IMG/VR virus record: IMGVR_UViG_3300032309_001623
Location: 1 to 55,037 of that record
Strand: one strand, 5' to 3'
Source of the DNA: a virus
Lineage: Duplodnaviria; Caudoviricetes
DNA length: 55,037 bases
Made by a program: the position numbers and the translations under genes
Notes under the pieces: model-generated
The model's database searches: none
Told to the model about the DNA's origin: nothing
What the model saw: the letters and a program-made list of their open reading frames with translations, nothing else
Part shown: in pieces, positions 1 through 7,742 of the stretch
Layout of the letters: every line of letters starts with the position of its first letter
Position numbering within the stretch: the first letter of the stretch is position 1

Positions 1-156
1 GTCAAACCACTCAATGTATTCTTGTGGCTCTGCAATTTCACCACTTAAGTAGAACTCGTGTAAACGCCCAGTAGACTTGTTAAAGCTGTTTCCAGTTTTT
101 TCTAGGTCAAACAATTTAGGGTCTAGAATGTTTGTTTTTTTACTTGTTGTTTTCAT
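1..156 (-). CDS. clpP: ClpP-like protease, N-terminal part (runs off window start)
   Basis: Manual translation MKTTSKKTNILDPKLFDLEKTGNSFNKSTGRLHEFYLSGEIAEPQEYIEWFD; the YLSGEI motif fits phage ClpP-family N-termini; catalytic residues lie outside the window. Confidence 0.6.
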   Translation of the reverse strand, partial: MKTTSKKTNILDPKLFDLEKTGNSFNKSTGRLHEFYLSGEIAEPQEYIEWFD

Positions 157-178
157 CTTATACCCATTCATAAAATTA

Positions 179-520
179 GTGATAGCTTATTCTGTTACGA
201 GGAAAGCTATCGAAACCCTAAGCAGTGTTTAGGCTGCTAATGCGAACTGTGAGTCGTTTGCGTTTACTTTGTTGTGCTTCTGCGGCCAGGAATCCCCAAC
301 CCTAAGGTTTCTGCATTACCTAGTTGTCCACTCTTGTACTCTTTGCCCTGTCGAAACCAATGTCAGGCCCTTCATAAAAAAGCTACTGTATATGCCCACA
401 TTAAACAAATTGCTAATATAATAACAAATCTTGTATCAGATGACATATTAACTTTCTTATGGTGGACCTGGCGGGGGTCGAACCCGCGTCCAGAACACTT
501 TTCTATTGGCTTCATACAAC
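179..520 (-). ncRNA. ssrA: Circularly permuted two-piece tmRNA (acceptor piece ~520-460, intervening segment 459-371, coding piece 370-~179)
   Basis: GGACGCGGGTTCGACCCCCGCCAGGTCCACCA (T-arm + CCA ending at 460) comes before the 5' end GGGCCTGACATTGGTTTCGAC (from 370); acceptor stem GGGCCTG/CAGGTCC has G3-U70; tag frame 261-229 reads ANDSQFALAA*; outer ends approximate. Confidence 0.93.
372..446 (-). CDS. 24-aa hydrophobic peptide inside the tmRNA intervening segment
   Basis: MSSDTRFVIILAICLMWAYTVAFL*, preceded by AAGAAAG; fills the intervening segment almost exactly. Confidence 0.45.
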   Translation of the reverse strand: MSSDTRFVIILAICLMWAYTVAFL

Positions 521-524
521 CATA

Positions 525-962
525 TTATTGCTGTTCAAATCTTTCAATAATAGCGCCTAAATCGTAATTTTTAAATAGTGTTAGTGGATTAGCGCCTTTT
601 GGAATCATATCTTCACTAATAATGTCCTCTGTTGCATCTGCTCCGCGTAAAGCATGAATACATAAAACCACGGTATTTGCTTCTAGTGCAGTAATTTTAT
701 GCTCTAGACTTTTTTGAATATAAATAATATTTGGGGCAATAAATGTTGTTTTTTCACCAGCAATCTCTACTTCAACAGAGCCTTGTGCTAGTACTGTTGC
801 GTGGTCAAAGACGTGTTTACGGCCTGGAACATAGTCACCAATTTTAGTAAACCGCATTAGCTTTATCCAAACATTGGCTATAACTGCTAACTTTACTTCG
901 GGGGCAGTTTCTGCACTATATCCTGGAATATTTAGTGGTGGGGGAACTACAAAATCTGACAT
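525..962 (-). CDS. Cupin (RmlC-like) domain protein
   Basis: KHVFDHATVLAQGSVEV...HKITALEANTVVLCIHA cupin motifs. Confidence 0.7.
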   Translation of the reverse strand: MSDFVVPPPLNIPGYSAETAPEVKLAVIANVWIKLMRFTKIGDYVPGRKHVFDHATVLAQGSVEVEIAGEKTTFIAPNIIYIQKSLEHKITALEANTVVLCIHALRGADATEDIISEDMIPKGANPLTLFKNYDLGAIIERFEQQ

Positions 963-1049
963 ATTTTCTTTCTTATAAAGTCACCATAAATAAACATACC
1001 CCACTAGAGCCCTTATAGGTTTCTTTCATCTAGGACGTATGCTTATTTA

Positions 1050-1124
1050 TGGTGCCGGATGTCGGGATCGAACTGACGACCTACCGCTTACAAGGCGGTT
1101 GCTCTACCACTGAGCTAATCCGGC
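1050..1124 (-). tRNA. tRNA-Thr(UGU)
   Basis: Cloverleaf GCCGGAT...CCGCCTTGTAAGCGG...TTCGATC...ACCA. Confidence 0.95.
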
Positions 1125-1205
1125 AAATCCAACTGTGACCTTATGCTAAACCGTTGGCGTTTTCGCGGCCCACATTTTTAAAGTCGTCTGGGAACTGACT
1201 GAATT

Positions 1206-1280
1206 TGGAATAGGTGACAGGACTCGAACCTGCATTGAACGGATTTGCAATCCGACGCGTAGCCGTTCCGCCACACCTAC
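1206..1280 (-). tRNA. tRNA-Cys(GCA)
   Basis: Anticodon arm CGGA-TTGCAAA-TCCG, U73, encoded CCA. Confidence 0.95.
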
Positions 1281-1281
1281 A

Positions 1282-1506
1282 TTAAATTTTGTTTTGTTTA
1301 ATCAAACTACCAAAGGTATCAAATAACTGCTCAAACTTTAATTCGTAAATAGACTCCAAACCAAGCAAATAGTTTGAAATTTCATCTTGAGTTAATTTTC
1401 CGCCTTCGATTTTACCTTCCAAAACGTTTTTGTCTAAGAGTTTAATATCATCAATAATCTTCCAGCAATCAAGAATTTGCTGTTCAAGGTCAAATCGGTC
1501 TGACAT
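1282..1506 (-). CDS. Hypothetical phage protein
   Basis: 74-aa ORF packed in the minus-strand operon. Confidence 0.7.
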   Translation of the reverse strand: MSDRFDLEQQILDCWKIIDDIKLLDKNVLEGKIEGGKLTQDEISNYLLGLESIYELKFEQLFDTFGSLIKQNKI

Positions 1507-1642
1507 TTTTTGCTTTCTGTTTGTTAATGAGTTCTGTTAAGGCTTCTACAATAAATTGGTTTAGTGTAATTTTTTGCTTTTTAGCTAAATGTTTACACTG
1601 CTCAATTAATTTTTTATCAAGATATATTGTAATTGTTTTCAT
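1490..1642 (-). CDS. Small ribbon-helix-helix-like DNA-binding protein (50 aa, below ORF-track cutoff)
   Basis: MKTITIYLDKKLIEQCKHLAKKQKITLNQFIVEAL: alternating beta-strand followed by two helices with a TLNQFI motif. Confidence 0.6.
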   Translation of the reverse strand: MKTITIYLDKKLIEQCKHLAKKQKITLNQFIVEALTELINKQKAKNVRPI

Positions 1643-1643
1643 G

Positions 1644-2114
1644 TTAATTTGCAAGTACAAATTTTAATCGGTCAGCAGCATAGCTGGCGGCAAATGCTTT
1701 GGGCTTTACTTGCGCATCAATATTGCAAGTGCCTTTAATATAGCCAACTGCCTGTTGTACTACTAAACTAGACTTATACCGTTCTTGTGGATTAATGTCT
1801 AGGTGCACTTCAACGTGCCTATCTTCCAGCACATCCGCTAGTTCGTGAAATAGGTCTGACACTTTGTAAACTTCTTGCATTAAGCGCATTGATGGCTTAT
1901 CTGCTTTTTGGTCATAGTCACGCTCACGGTGAACATCACCAAAAATTTTACAGCCATGTTTGCCGTCAATGTGTACTACAATTGCCAGTGTATAGTCTGC
2001 GTACCATTTACCATGAATACTTACACGTTCTGAATCAGCACCAAGATAAATTTTGGTTTCTGGTGAACTTTGCCGAATGTAGTCTTTTACTTCATCAATG
2101 TTAAATTTACGCAT
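1644..2114 (-). CDS. RNase H-like YkuK family protein
   Basis: KIYLGADS...RLMQEV...EVHLDIN...KPKAFAASYAAD motifs. Confidence 0.8.
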   Translation of the reverse strand: MRKFNIDEVKDYIRQSSPETKIYLGADSERVSIHGKWYADYTLAIVVHIDGKHGCKIFGDVHRERDYDQKADKPSMRLMQEVYKVSDLFHELADVLEDRHVEVHLDINPQERYKSSLVVQQAVGYIKGTCNIDAQVKPKAFAASYAADRLKFVLAN

Positions 2115-2127
2115 AATTTTAATTGTT

Positions 2128-2204
2128 TGGTACGGCCTAAGAGATTCGAACTCCTAACCTCTAGATTCGTAGTCTAGTGCACTATCCAGTTGTGCTAAGG
2201 CCGT
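2128..2204 (-). tRNA. tRNA-Arg(ACG)
   Basis: Anticodon arm CTAGA-CTACGAA-TCTAG, CCA. Confidence 0.95.
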
Positions 2205-2207
2205 ATG

Positions 2208-2281
2208 TGGCAGAGGGTACAGGAATCGAACCTGTGACAAGGGAATCAAAATCCCGTGTGATACCATTTCACTAACCCCCA
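2208..2281 (-). tRNA. tRNA-Gln(UUG)
   Basis: Anticodon arm GGGA-TTTTGAT-TCCC, CCA. Confidence 0.95.
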
Positions 2282-2285
2282 ATAA

Positions 2286-2891
2286 TTATAATAAGTCTTT
2301 ACGATTTAGCCTTTTGGCTACCATCATATGTACTACGTCCCAATCTGAAAAACTTTGTGGCTCGTCATAACAATATTGTTTAACTCTGAATACATTACCG
2401 TTTACAACAGTTGCAGCGTACCAAGTTTCATAAGCGCCACGTCTAACTCCAAGATTGAAGTGCGCCTCTACTTGTGCAGGGTCTCCACCAAAATAGTAAT
2501 CTTCAAACGTGCTTGCTAAAGGTGGGTATGGTCTTCCGTATTCTTGCAAATTAGTGCCAACTGCAAGTACTTTGCAAAAATCAGGCAACCAACTAGGAGT
2601 TGTTTCGGCTAACTCATACTTGCGAAGAAAACTAGTCTTACTAGCCATACAAAATTTTCTAGCACCTATAGCAGCAGTTGGTCCAAATAGATTAGCAACT
2701 GCTGTTTTGGGGATATAAGCAGTTATTACATCTTCTTGTAAAACGGAATGAAATACTGGTTCTGATATACCATAGTAATCTTCTGCATTTACCCAGCTAA
2801 AACTAGCTTTAAGCGTCTCATAGACTTCTTCGTATTTAGGGCCAGCAGAGTGTAATTGGCGAGCTTCATCATCTACATAGTATACTTCCAC
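2286..2891 (-). CDS. Hypothetical protein of the fibre cassette
   Basis: 201-aa ORF abutting the upstream gene. Confidence 0.7.
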   Translation of the reverse strand: MEVYYVDDEARQLHSAGPKYEEVYETLKASFSWVNAEDYYGISEPVFHSVLQEDVITAYIPKTAVANLFGPTAAIGARKFCMASKTSFLRKYELAETTPSWLPDFCKVLAVGTNLQEYGRPYPPLASTFEDYYFGGDPAQVEAHFNLGVRRGAYETWYAATVVNGNVFRVKQYCYDEPQSFSDWDVVHMMVAKRLNRKDLL

Positions 2892-3101
2892 TTAAATCCA
2901 CCCTTCTTTGTCTAAAAGATTAAATACTTTTTCTTCTATATCCGCATCTGAGTATTCCGCGTCAACTACATACGTTGATTGCAAACCTCTATTAGAAACA
3001 GTTCTGTCGGGATTAACTATTGATTTTTTAACAGTAAAAAACACTGTTTTTGTTTTATCAGGGTTAATTCTTACAGCATCTATTGTAAAATTTTTAATCA
3101 T
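2892..3101 (-). CDS. Small hypothetical protein (possible fibre-associated chaperone)
   Basis: MIKNFTIDAV...; overlaps the stop of the 1022-aa gene; function inferred from position only. Confidence 0.6.
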   Translation of the reverse strand: MIKNFTIDAVRINPDKTKTVFFTVKKSIVNPDRTVSNRGLQSTYVVDAEYSDADIEEKVFNLLDKEGWI

Positions 3102-6100
3102 ACCTACTCGCATCCGCAGTTATAAGAGTATTATTTGTTAAATTAAGGGTCTCATTAGTATAAGGCCAAACACCCCCAGAGCCATAGCCGCCCCCAGTAT
3201 TAATACCAAATAGAGCACTAGACCTGTTATATGAGTACCAACAGCCAGTAGTTACAGGTACCCAACCAGCATTAATACCTGGAGTGGTTCCTACTACTAC
3301 AAGTAGTGGGGCTACTGTTCCGTTACTAGCTCTAAGTTGCGTTGTAAAATCTGTATCTGTCCTAGTTGCTGTGCCTATAAATAACTGACCACGGTCATAT
3401 CCTTGACCAGTTTGATTATTATCAAATTTTATGGCTATGGTATCTGGGCTATTTTCTGAAAACTGTGCTTCCCACTTAATATTTCTTTCTGCTGCTCGGG
3501 AAGGGTCTCCTATCTCAGTATTTGCAATATTATTACCTAAATGTCCCTCAAATCTTAATATAAATTTTCTATTGGGTGCTGTACCAGTTAGTGTTGTATA
3601 AACACTGTTGCTACTAGTATCACTAGCACAAATCATTATTTTTGGGAACGGAACGTATGCAGGTATATTTAAACCATTATACTCAGTAGAGCCACCACCA
3701 AAAGTAATATAACTATTAGTACTAACATAAAGTTTGCTGTACAATTTACTTGAATCGGCATTTTCATCACTAGTCATGCGTACTGGCCAAGGAGTTGGTA
3801 TTTCCCAATATCCGTCATCCCCCTTTATATTTTCGGGGACAGTTCTTGGAGTATAGTTGCTACTAGCAGTAGTATATGTGGTAAAATTTGGACTATTAAC
3901 AGTAATGTAAGTTCCGTCCCAATAAGAACTGTTATAATAACTATCGATCACTATATTCTGTTGTTGAGTGAGCGTATACGTTAAACCTACCGTAGCCGCA
4001 GCCGGAGGGTATGGGTGAAACATCATAGTACTAGCTCTATAAACAGTGGGGTTGTAAGCTATTGCACCCCTGAAAAAAGCCCAATAATGGCTATACCAAC
4101 TTTGATTAGTTTGACGTCCTACACAATTACCATATACATCAATTCCAGTACAGGTCTCTTGATCGTCATACCAGACTGATTCTCTCATGGATTGGGCAAC
4201 ACTTGTATAAAAATACATTGGTTTAGACATATTAGCAGAACTAAGAACAAATGTATTATAGTTTTGAGGAACAAAAATCTGCCCTCTAACGTCATCTCCA
4301 GCACTGCAATCTCGACCAATAGCTGCGGGGCCTCCACCAAAACTATCTTTGGGATTTGCAGGATGTGATACTGTTGTGCCGCCAGTAATTGCTAAAGGTT
4401 TTAATCTACTATCAAATCCAGGGGTTCCATCGTCAGCATAAACTATCATTCCGTGGGTTTCTGTAGCTGTAGAGGCTCTTGCATCAGCAAAAATATAAAT
4501 TTCTGGATAGCCTCCGCTGTAGCTGCTATTTCTGCCATTATTTATAGCTATATTATTTTTATCATTTTCTCTAAATTGTGCTTCCCAAACTATTGGGGCT
4601 CTTGAAGCTGTAGCTGTAGTATCAGTTAATCTTTTGCCTTCATATCTAGCTACAAATATTCTGTTGGGTGCGGTACCTGTTGTTAGTGTGTATACATTAT
4701 AAGCATATCTTCTACCAGAACCAACCAAAATGCCTATAGGGGCAAATCTTGATAAATTAAGTGTTGATATATTGCTTACATCAGCTCCATTAGTAAACAC
4801 AAAAGCTTGTCCAGGGTAACCACCGCCACCAGGCCCATAAATCCAGCCATTAGTGCCAGGATAACCACCATTGTTCCAAGTTCCGCCGTTGCCTCCTGGA
4901 TAACCCCACCTGTCCTGACCGTAGCCTGTATCTCCACCGTCCCCAACAATTGCATTATAATCTAGTGATTTAGGCGAAATGCCAGCTTCAAAAGCTGTAG
5001 CTGCTGTGCCGCCGATGTAATAAGAACCAGCGCCTTGAAGGCCAAAAGGTGCACCACCAGCACCGCCGCCTGAACTGTAGTTGTCTCCAGTGCCGCCACC
5101 GCCACCGCCACCGCCACCGCCGGTAATAATACCAGCACTATATAAATTAAAACTAGTACTAGCGCGTATAGCTGTACCGCCAGTTTCTCCAGCCTGAGCC
5201 GGTGAACCGTAAGATGCCCCTCTACCTCCGTCTCCGCCGCGACCTACAATTGCTCCAAAATTAACTATAGTTAAGCCGCCTGGAAAACTACCCTCAATAA
5301 GCAATGCTTGACTGTTTTTAGTTTTAGTCGTTACAAGTGTTCTTTCAGGTATATAGAATAGTGCAGCAGATTGTTGGTCCCACCCTGCTGCCACTAAGGC
5401 TTCTCGTACATTAATACCCGTATCTACTACTGTCCAAGTTTCTGCAGGATTAATTCTTGTGGCTTCATATCCACCTGCTGGAGTAAGTAAAAAAGCATCA
5501 AATTTTGAGGAATAACCTTTATCAAAAGTTATAAAACTTTCAGTGCTTATATAGACTGTATCTTTATATGAATTGCCTATATTAATAGCCCAAGGCAAAT
5601 TAACAGTAAAATAACCATTTTGATTATTTCCTGTTAAAGGGGCTGTTGTTAAACCTTTACCAAGTAATTCTGCATTAGGATACGTGACTAACTGATTTAT
5701 TTGATTTGGAGTCTGAGTACTAACTAATGTTCCATAGTAAGGATAACTAAATTTTGGAATGTACCTATAAGGAGTAATACTAGAATTTGAAACTACTCCA
5801 TTATTACTAGTTTCCTCACTTGTACTATAAAGATAAGTAACTGCTGTACTACTAGTACCAGATCTAATTAATTCAATATCCCAGCGATTATTTCCTTTAT
5901 TTTCAACCCTAACAACGGCATGATAGTCCGATGTAGGCATTGTAAAAAATGGTACTGGTGTTGTTGCGCAAGTGGCTGTGTATCTCCAGTGACGGATGCC
6001 CCCAAAATACTCGCTTTGATAAATAACTCCAGCATCTGGGTCAGTGGCTGAAATTACAGTGTTTCTTGGAGCTGCTATTTTTTGTATAAAATGCAAATTT

Positions 6101-6162
6101 CTAGTATCTGAAGACACTAAAACTTGGTTATTATCATTTACTGCTTGAAATCCATAACTCAT
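3094..6162 (-). CDS. Receptor-binding/tail-fibre tip protein with a gp38-like glycine-rich adhesin domain and two repeated beta-domains
   Basis: N-terminus MSYGFQAVNDNNQVLVSSD and internal HGMIVYADDG..FDS typical of tail-tip proteins; GRGGDGG...GGGGGGGG...GGAPFG polyglycine motifs; GTAPNR...WEAQF occurs twice. Confidence 0.7.
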   Translation of the reverse strand: MSYGFQAVNDNNQVLVSSDTRNLHFIQKIAAPRNTVISATDPDAGVIYQSEYFGGIRHWRYTATCATTPVPFFTMPTSDYHAVVRVENKGNNRWDIELIRSGTSSTAVTYLYSTSEETSNNGVVSNSSITPYRYIPKFSYPYYGTLVSTQTPNQINQLVTYPNAELLGKGLTTAPLTGNNQNGYFTVNLPWAINIGNSYKDTVYISTESFITFDKGYSSKFDAFLLTPAGGYEATRINPAETWTVVDTGINVREALVAAGWDQQSAALFYIPERTLVTTKTKNSQALLIEGSFPGGLTIVNFGAIVGRGGDGGRGASYGSPAQAGETGGTAIRASTSFNLYSAGIITGGGGGGGGGGTGDNYSSGGGAGGAPFGLQGAGSYYIGGTAATAFEAGISPKSLDYNAIVGDGGDTGYGQDRWGYPGGNGGTWNNGGYPGTNGWIYGPGGGGYPGQAFVFTNGADVSNISTLNLSRFAPIGILVGSGRRYAYNVYTLTTGTAPNRIFVARYEGKRLTDTTATASRAPIVWEAQFRENDKNNIAINNGRNSSYSGGYPEIYIFADARASTATETHGMIVYADDGTPGFDSRLKPLAITGGTTVSHPANPKDSFGGGPAAIGRDCSAGDDVRGQIFVPQNYNTFVLSSANMSKPMYFYTSVAQSMRESVWYDDQETCTGIDVYGNCVGRQTNQSWYSHYWAFFRGAIAYNPTVYRASTMMFHPYPPAAATVGLTYTLTQQQNIVIDSYYNSSYWDGTYITVNSPNFTTYTTASSNYTPRTVPENIKGDDGYWEIPTPWPVRMTSDENADSSKLYSKLYVSTNSYITFGGGSTEYNGLNIPAYVPFPKIMICASDTSSNSVYTTLTGTAPNRKFILRFEGHLGNNIANTEIGDPSRAAERNIKWEAQFSENSPDTIAIKFDNNQTGQGYDRGQLFIGTATRTDTDFTTQLRASNGTVAPLLVVVGTTPGINAGWVPVTTGCWYSYNRSSALFGINTGGGYGSGGVWPYTNETLNLTNNTLITADASRYD

Positions 6163-6491
6163 CTCATTAACACCAATATAAAAGCTTTTTCAGAACCTCC
6201 GGTAACTTTAACACTACCACCGCCCAAACCAGTTGCACTATTATATGCTCCAGTATTGTTATAAGTAATTGTATGTGCTATAGCTCTGCGTGTAGTTGGA
6301 GGGGCATCAATCAAAATCTGTAAAACTAATACTTCTTTTCCTATAATAGTGGTATAGTTTTTTACAACAAAACTGCCATTTACAGAGGCAGTTACTTCAA
6401 AATAGTCTACTTGATTCCAAGTAACATCTGCACTTGAGTATATTAATTCTTGAGAACTATTATATACTGCTAAACCATGAGTTGTGGCCAT
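6159..6491 (-). CDS. Small tail-fibre-associated protein
   Basis: MATTHGLAVYNSSQELIYSS N-terminus; ATGA overlap with the downstream fibre gene; AAGGA RBS. Confidence 0.6.
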   Translation of the reverse strand: MATTHGLAVYNSSQELIYSSADVTWNQVDYFEVTASVNGSFVVKNYTTIIGKEVLVLQILIDAPPTTRRAIAHTITYNNTGAYNSATGLGGGSVKVTGGSEKAFILVLMR

Positions 6492-6662
6492 AGTAATCCT
6501 TTACTAAATTTTATAACTGTTCTACTGTGATTTTAAGAAGCTATATGCTTCACCTATGTCTATGTCTCAAGACAGTGTGTTTCGTGGACTTTGAAACGAT
6601 AGGCAGTTATTACCTTAGTAGATAGGCTCTGTCCTGATTTTCTTATTCACAGTTATAAAATT

Positions 6663-6738
6663 TGGCTCCCCAGCGTGGGATCGAACCACGGACACCTTGA
6701 TTAACAGTCAAGTGCAACTACCGCTGTGCTACTAGGGA
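6663..6738 (-). tRNA. tRNA-Asn(GUU)
   Basis: Anticodon arm CTTGA-CTGTTAA-TCAAG, CCA. Confidence 0.95.
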
Positions 6739-6746
6739 ATGTGTTT

Positions 6747-6902
6747 TTACCAATGTTTAATTACACCGGCAACGATAAAGCAGTTAGTTACTAAATAACT
6801 AACTACAATAATTGTTCTGATTATGGCGACTTTATCAGCCTGAGAGTCATCTCCTGCTTTTTCGCCTAGGGCTTTTGCCCACAATGTCCAATACTTTTTC
6901 AT
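6747..6902 (-). CDS. Small membrane protein
   Basis: MKKYWTLWAKALGEKAG...; C-terminal TM helix; start re-called downstream of tRNA-Asp. Confidence 0.65.
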   Translation of the reverse strand: MKKYWTLWAKALGEKAGDDSQADKVAIIRTIIVVSYLVTNCFIVAGVIKHW

Positions 6903-6905
6903 AAT

Positions 6906-6980
6906 TGGCGGTCTCAAGGGGTAACGATCCCCTTCTTTAGCAGTGACAGTGCTACGTGCGTCCATGAACACTTTGAGACC
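6906..6980 (-). tRNA. tRNA-Asp(GUC), non-canonical T-loop
   Basis: TAGCA-CTGTCAC-TGCTA; T-loop ATCGTTA; CCA. Confidence 0.9.
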
Positions 6981-6983
6981 AAT

Positions 6984-7067
6984 TGGTACGAGAGACGGGA
7001 CTCGAACCCGTATGCCTTGCGACGGCAGATTTTAAGTCTGCTGCGTATACCATTCCGCCACTCTCGC
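6984..7067 (-). tRNA. tRNA-Leu(UAA)
   Basis: GCAGA-CTTAAAA-TCTGC, long variable arm, CCA. Confidence 0.95.
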
Positions 7068-7075
7068 ATATATAC

Positions 7076-7168
7076 TGGTGGATTAGGTTGGATTCGAACC
7101 AACAATGTTTTCCCAGAGGGGACGGATTTACAGTCCGCCGATGCACACGCCATAGCATCAACTAATCC
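7076..7168 (-). tRNA. tRNA-Tyr(GUA)
   Basis: GCGGA-CTGTAAA-TCCGT, long variable arm, CCA. Confidence 0.92.
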
Positions 7169-7184
7169 AGTAATTTAATATATA

Positions 7185-7213
7185 ATTATATCAAAAAATG
7201 ACTGTTGAGTCAA
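7185..7213 (-). promoter_or_regulatory. Sigma70 promoter upstream of tRNA-Tyr
   Basis: TTGACT-N17-TATAAT. Confidence 0.75.
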
Positions 7214-7223
7214 ATTTAAAATT

Positions 7224-7297
7224 TGGCATCCCGAGAGGGACTCGAACCCCCACTTACAGTTTTGGAGACTGCAGTGCTGCCATTACACTATCGAGAT
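7224..7297 (-). tRNA. tRNA-Trp(CCA)
   Basis: GCAGT-CTCCAAA-ACTGT, CCA. Confidence 0.95.
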
Positions 7298-7304
7298 ATT
7301 TAAT

Positions 7305-7379
7305 TGGTGGACATAAGTAGATTCGAACTACTGACCTAAGCCGTATGAAGACTGTGCACTACCGCTGTGCTATATGTCC
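7305..7379 (-). tRNA. tRNA with CAU anticodon (Ile2 or elongator Met)
   Basis: AGTC-TTCATAC-GGCT, paired 1-72, CCA; identity cannot be resolved by eye. Confidence 0.85.
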
Positions 7380-7498
7380 TGGAATAGTTTTTGTGTGTCA
7401 GGATAACTATCAACCCCGTGAGAGCAGCCCATCTTGTTTTCGCTTCAGCGGACGCAGGACTATGGTATTAGCATAGATTTGTTTACAAGCCTGCAATT

Positions 7499-7575
7499 TG
7501 GTTGCGGAGGTTGGATTCGAACCAACGATTCTTGGCTTATGAGACCAAGCGGATAGACCACTTCCATACACCGCT
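7499..7575 (-). tRNA. tRNA-fMet-like (CAU)
   Basis: CTCATAA loop, A1-A72 mismatch, CCGCAACCA end. Confidence 0.88.
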
Positions 7576-7580
7576 ATATT

Positions 7581-7742
7581 TTAATAGCAACTGTTAAAGA
7601 GACGACGATTTTGATAGTTGTCCCAAATTTTTTCTAATCGCTGCACATCTTTGTGATCTACAGGATTAGCGTCGTTGATAAAGTCTTCCATCGTGTAAGG
7701 TTTCAACATTTCCTGTACACGCTGCATTAAGTCACTTAGCAT
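7581..7742 (-). CDS. Small hypothetical protein (53 aa)
   Basis: MLSDLMQRVQEMLKPYTMEDFINDANPVDHKDVQRLEKIWD...; overlaps the upstream stop. Confidence 0.6.
   Translation of the reverse strand: MLSDLMQRVQEMLKPYTMEDFINDANPVDHKDVQRLEKIWDNYQNRRLFNSCY

Noticed and set aside
274-567. 97-aa plus-strand ORF
   Set aside because: Antisense to the tmRNA; a shadow ORF
6914-7165. ORFs 6914..7153, 6952..7161 and 6983..7165
   Set aside because: Overlap tRNA-Asp, -Leu and -Tyr; translations of tRNA sequence
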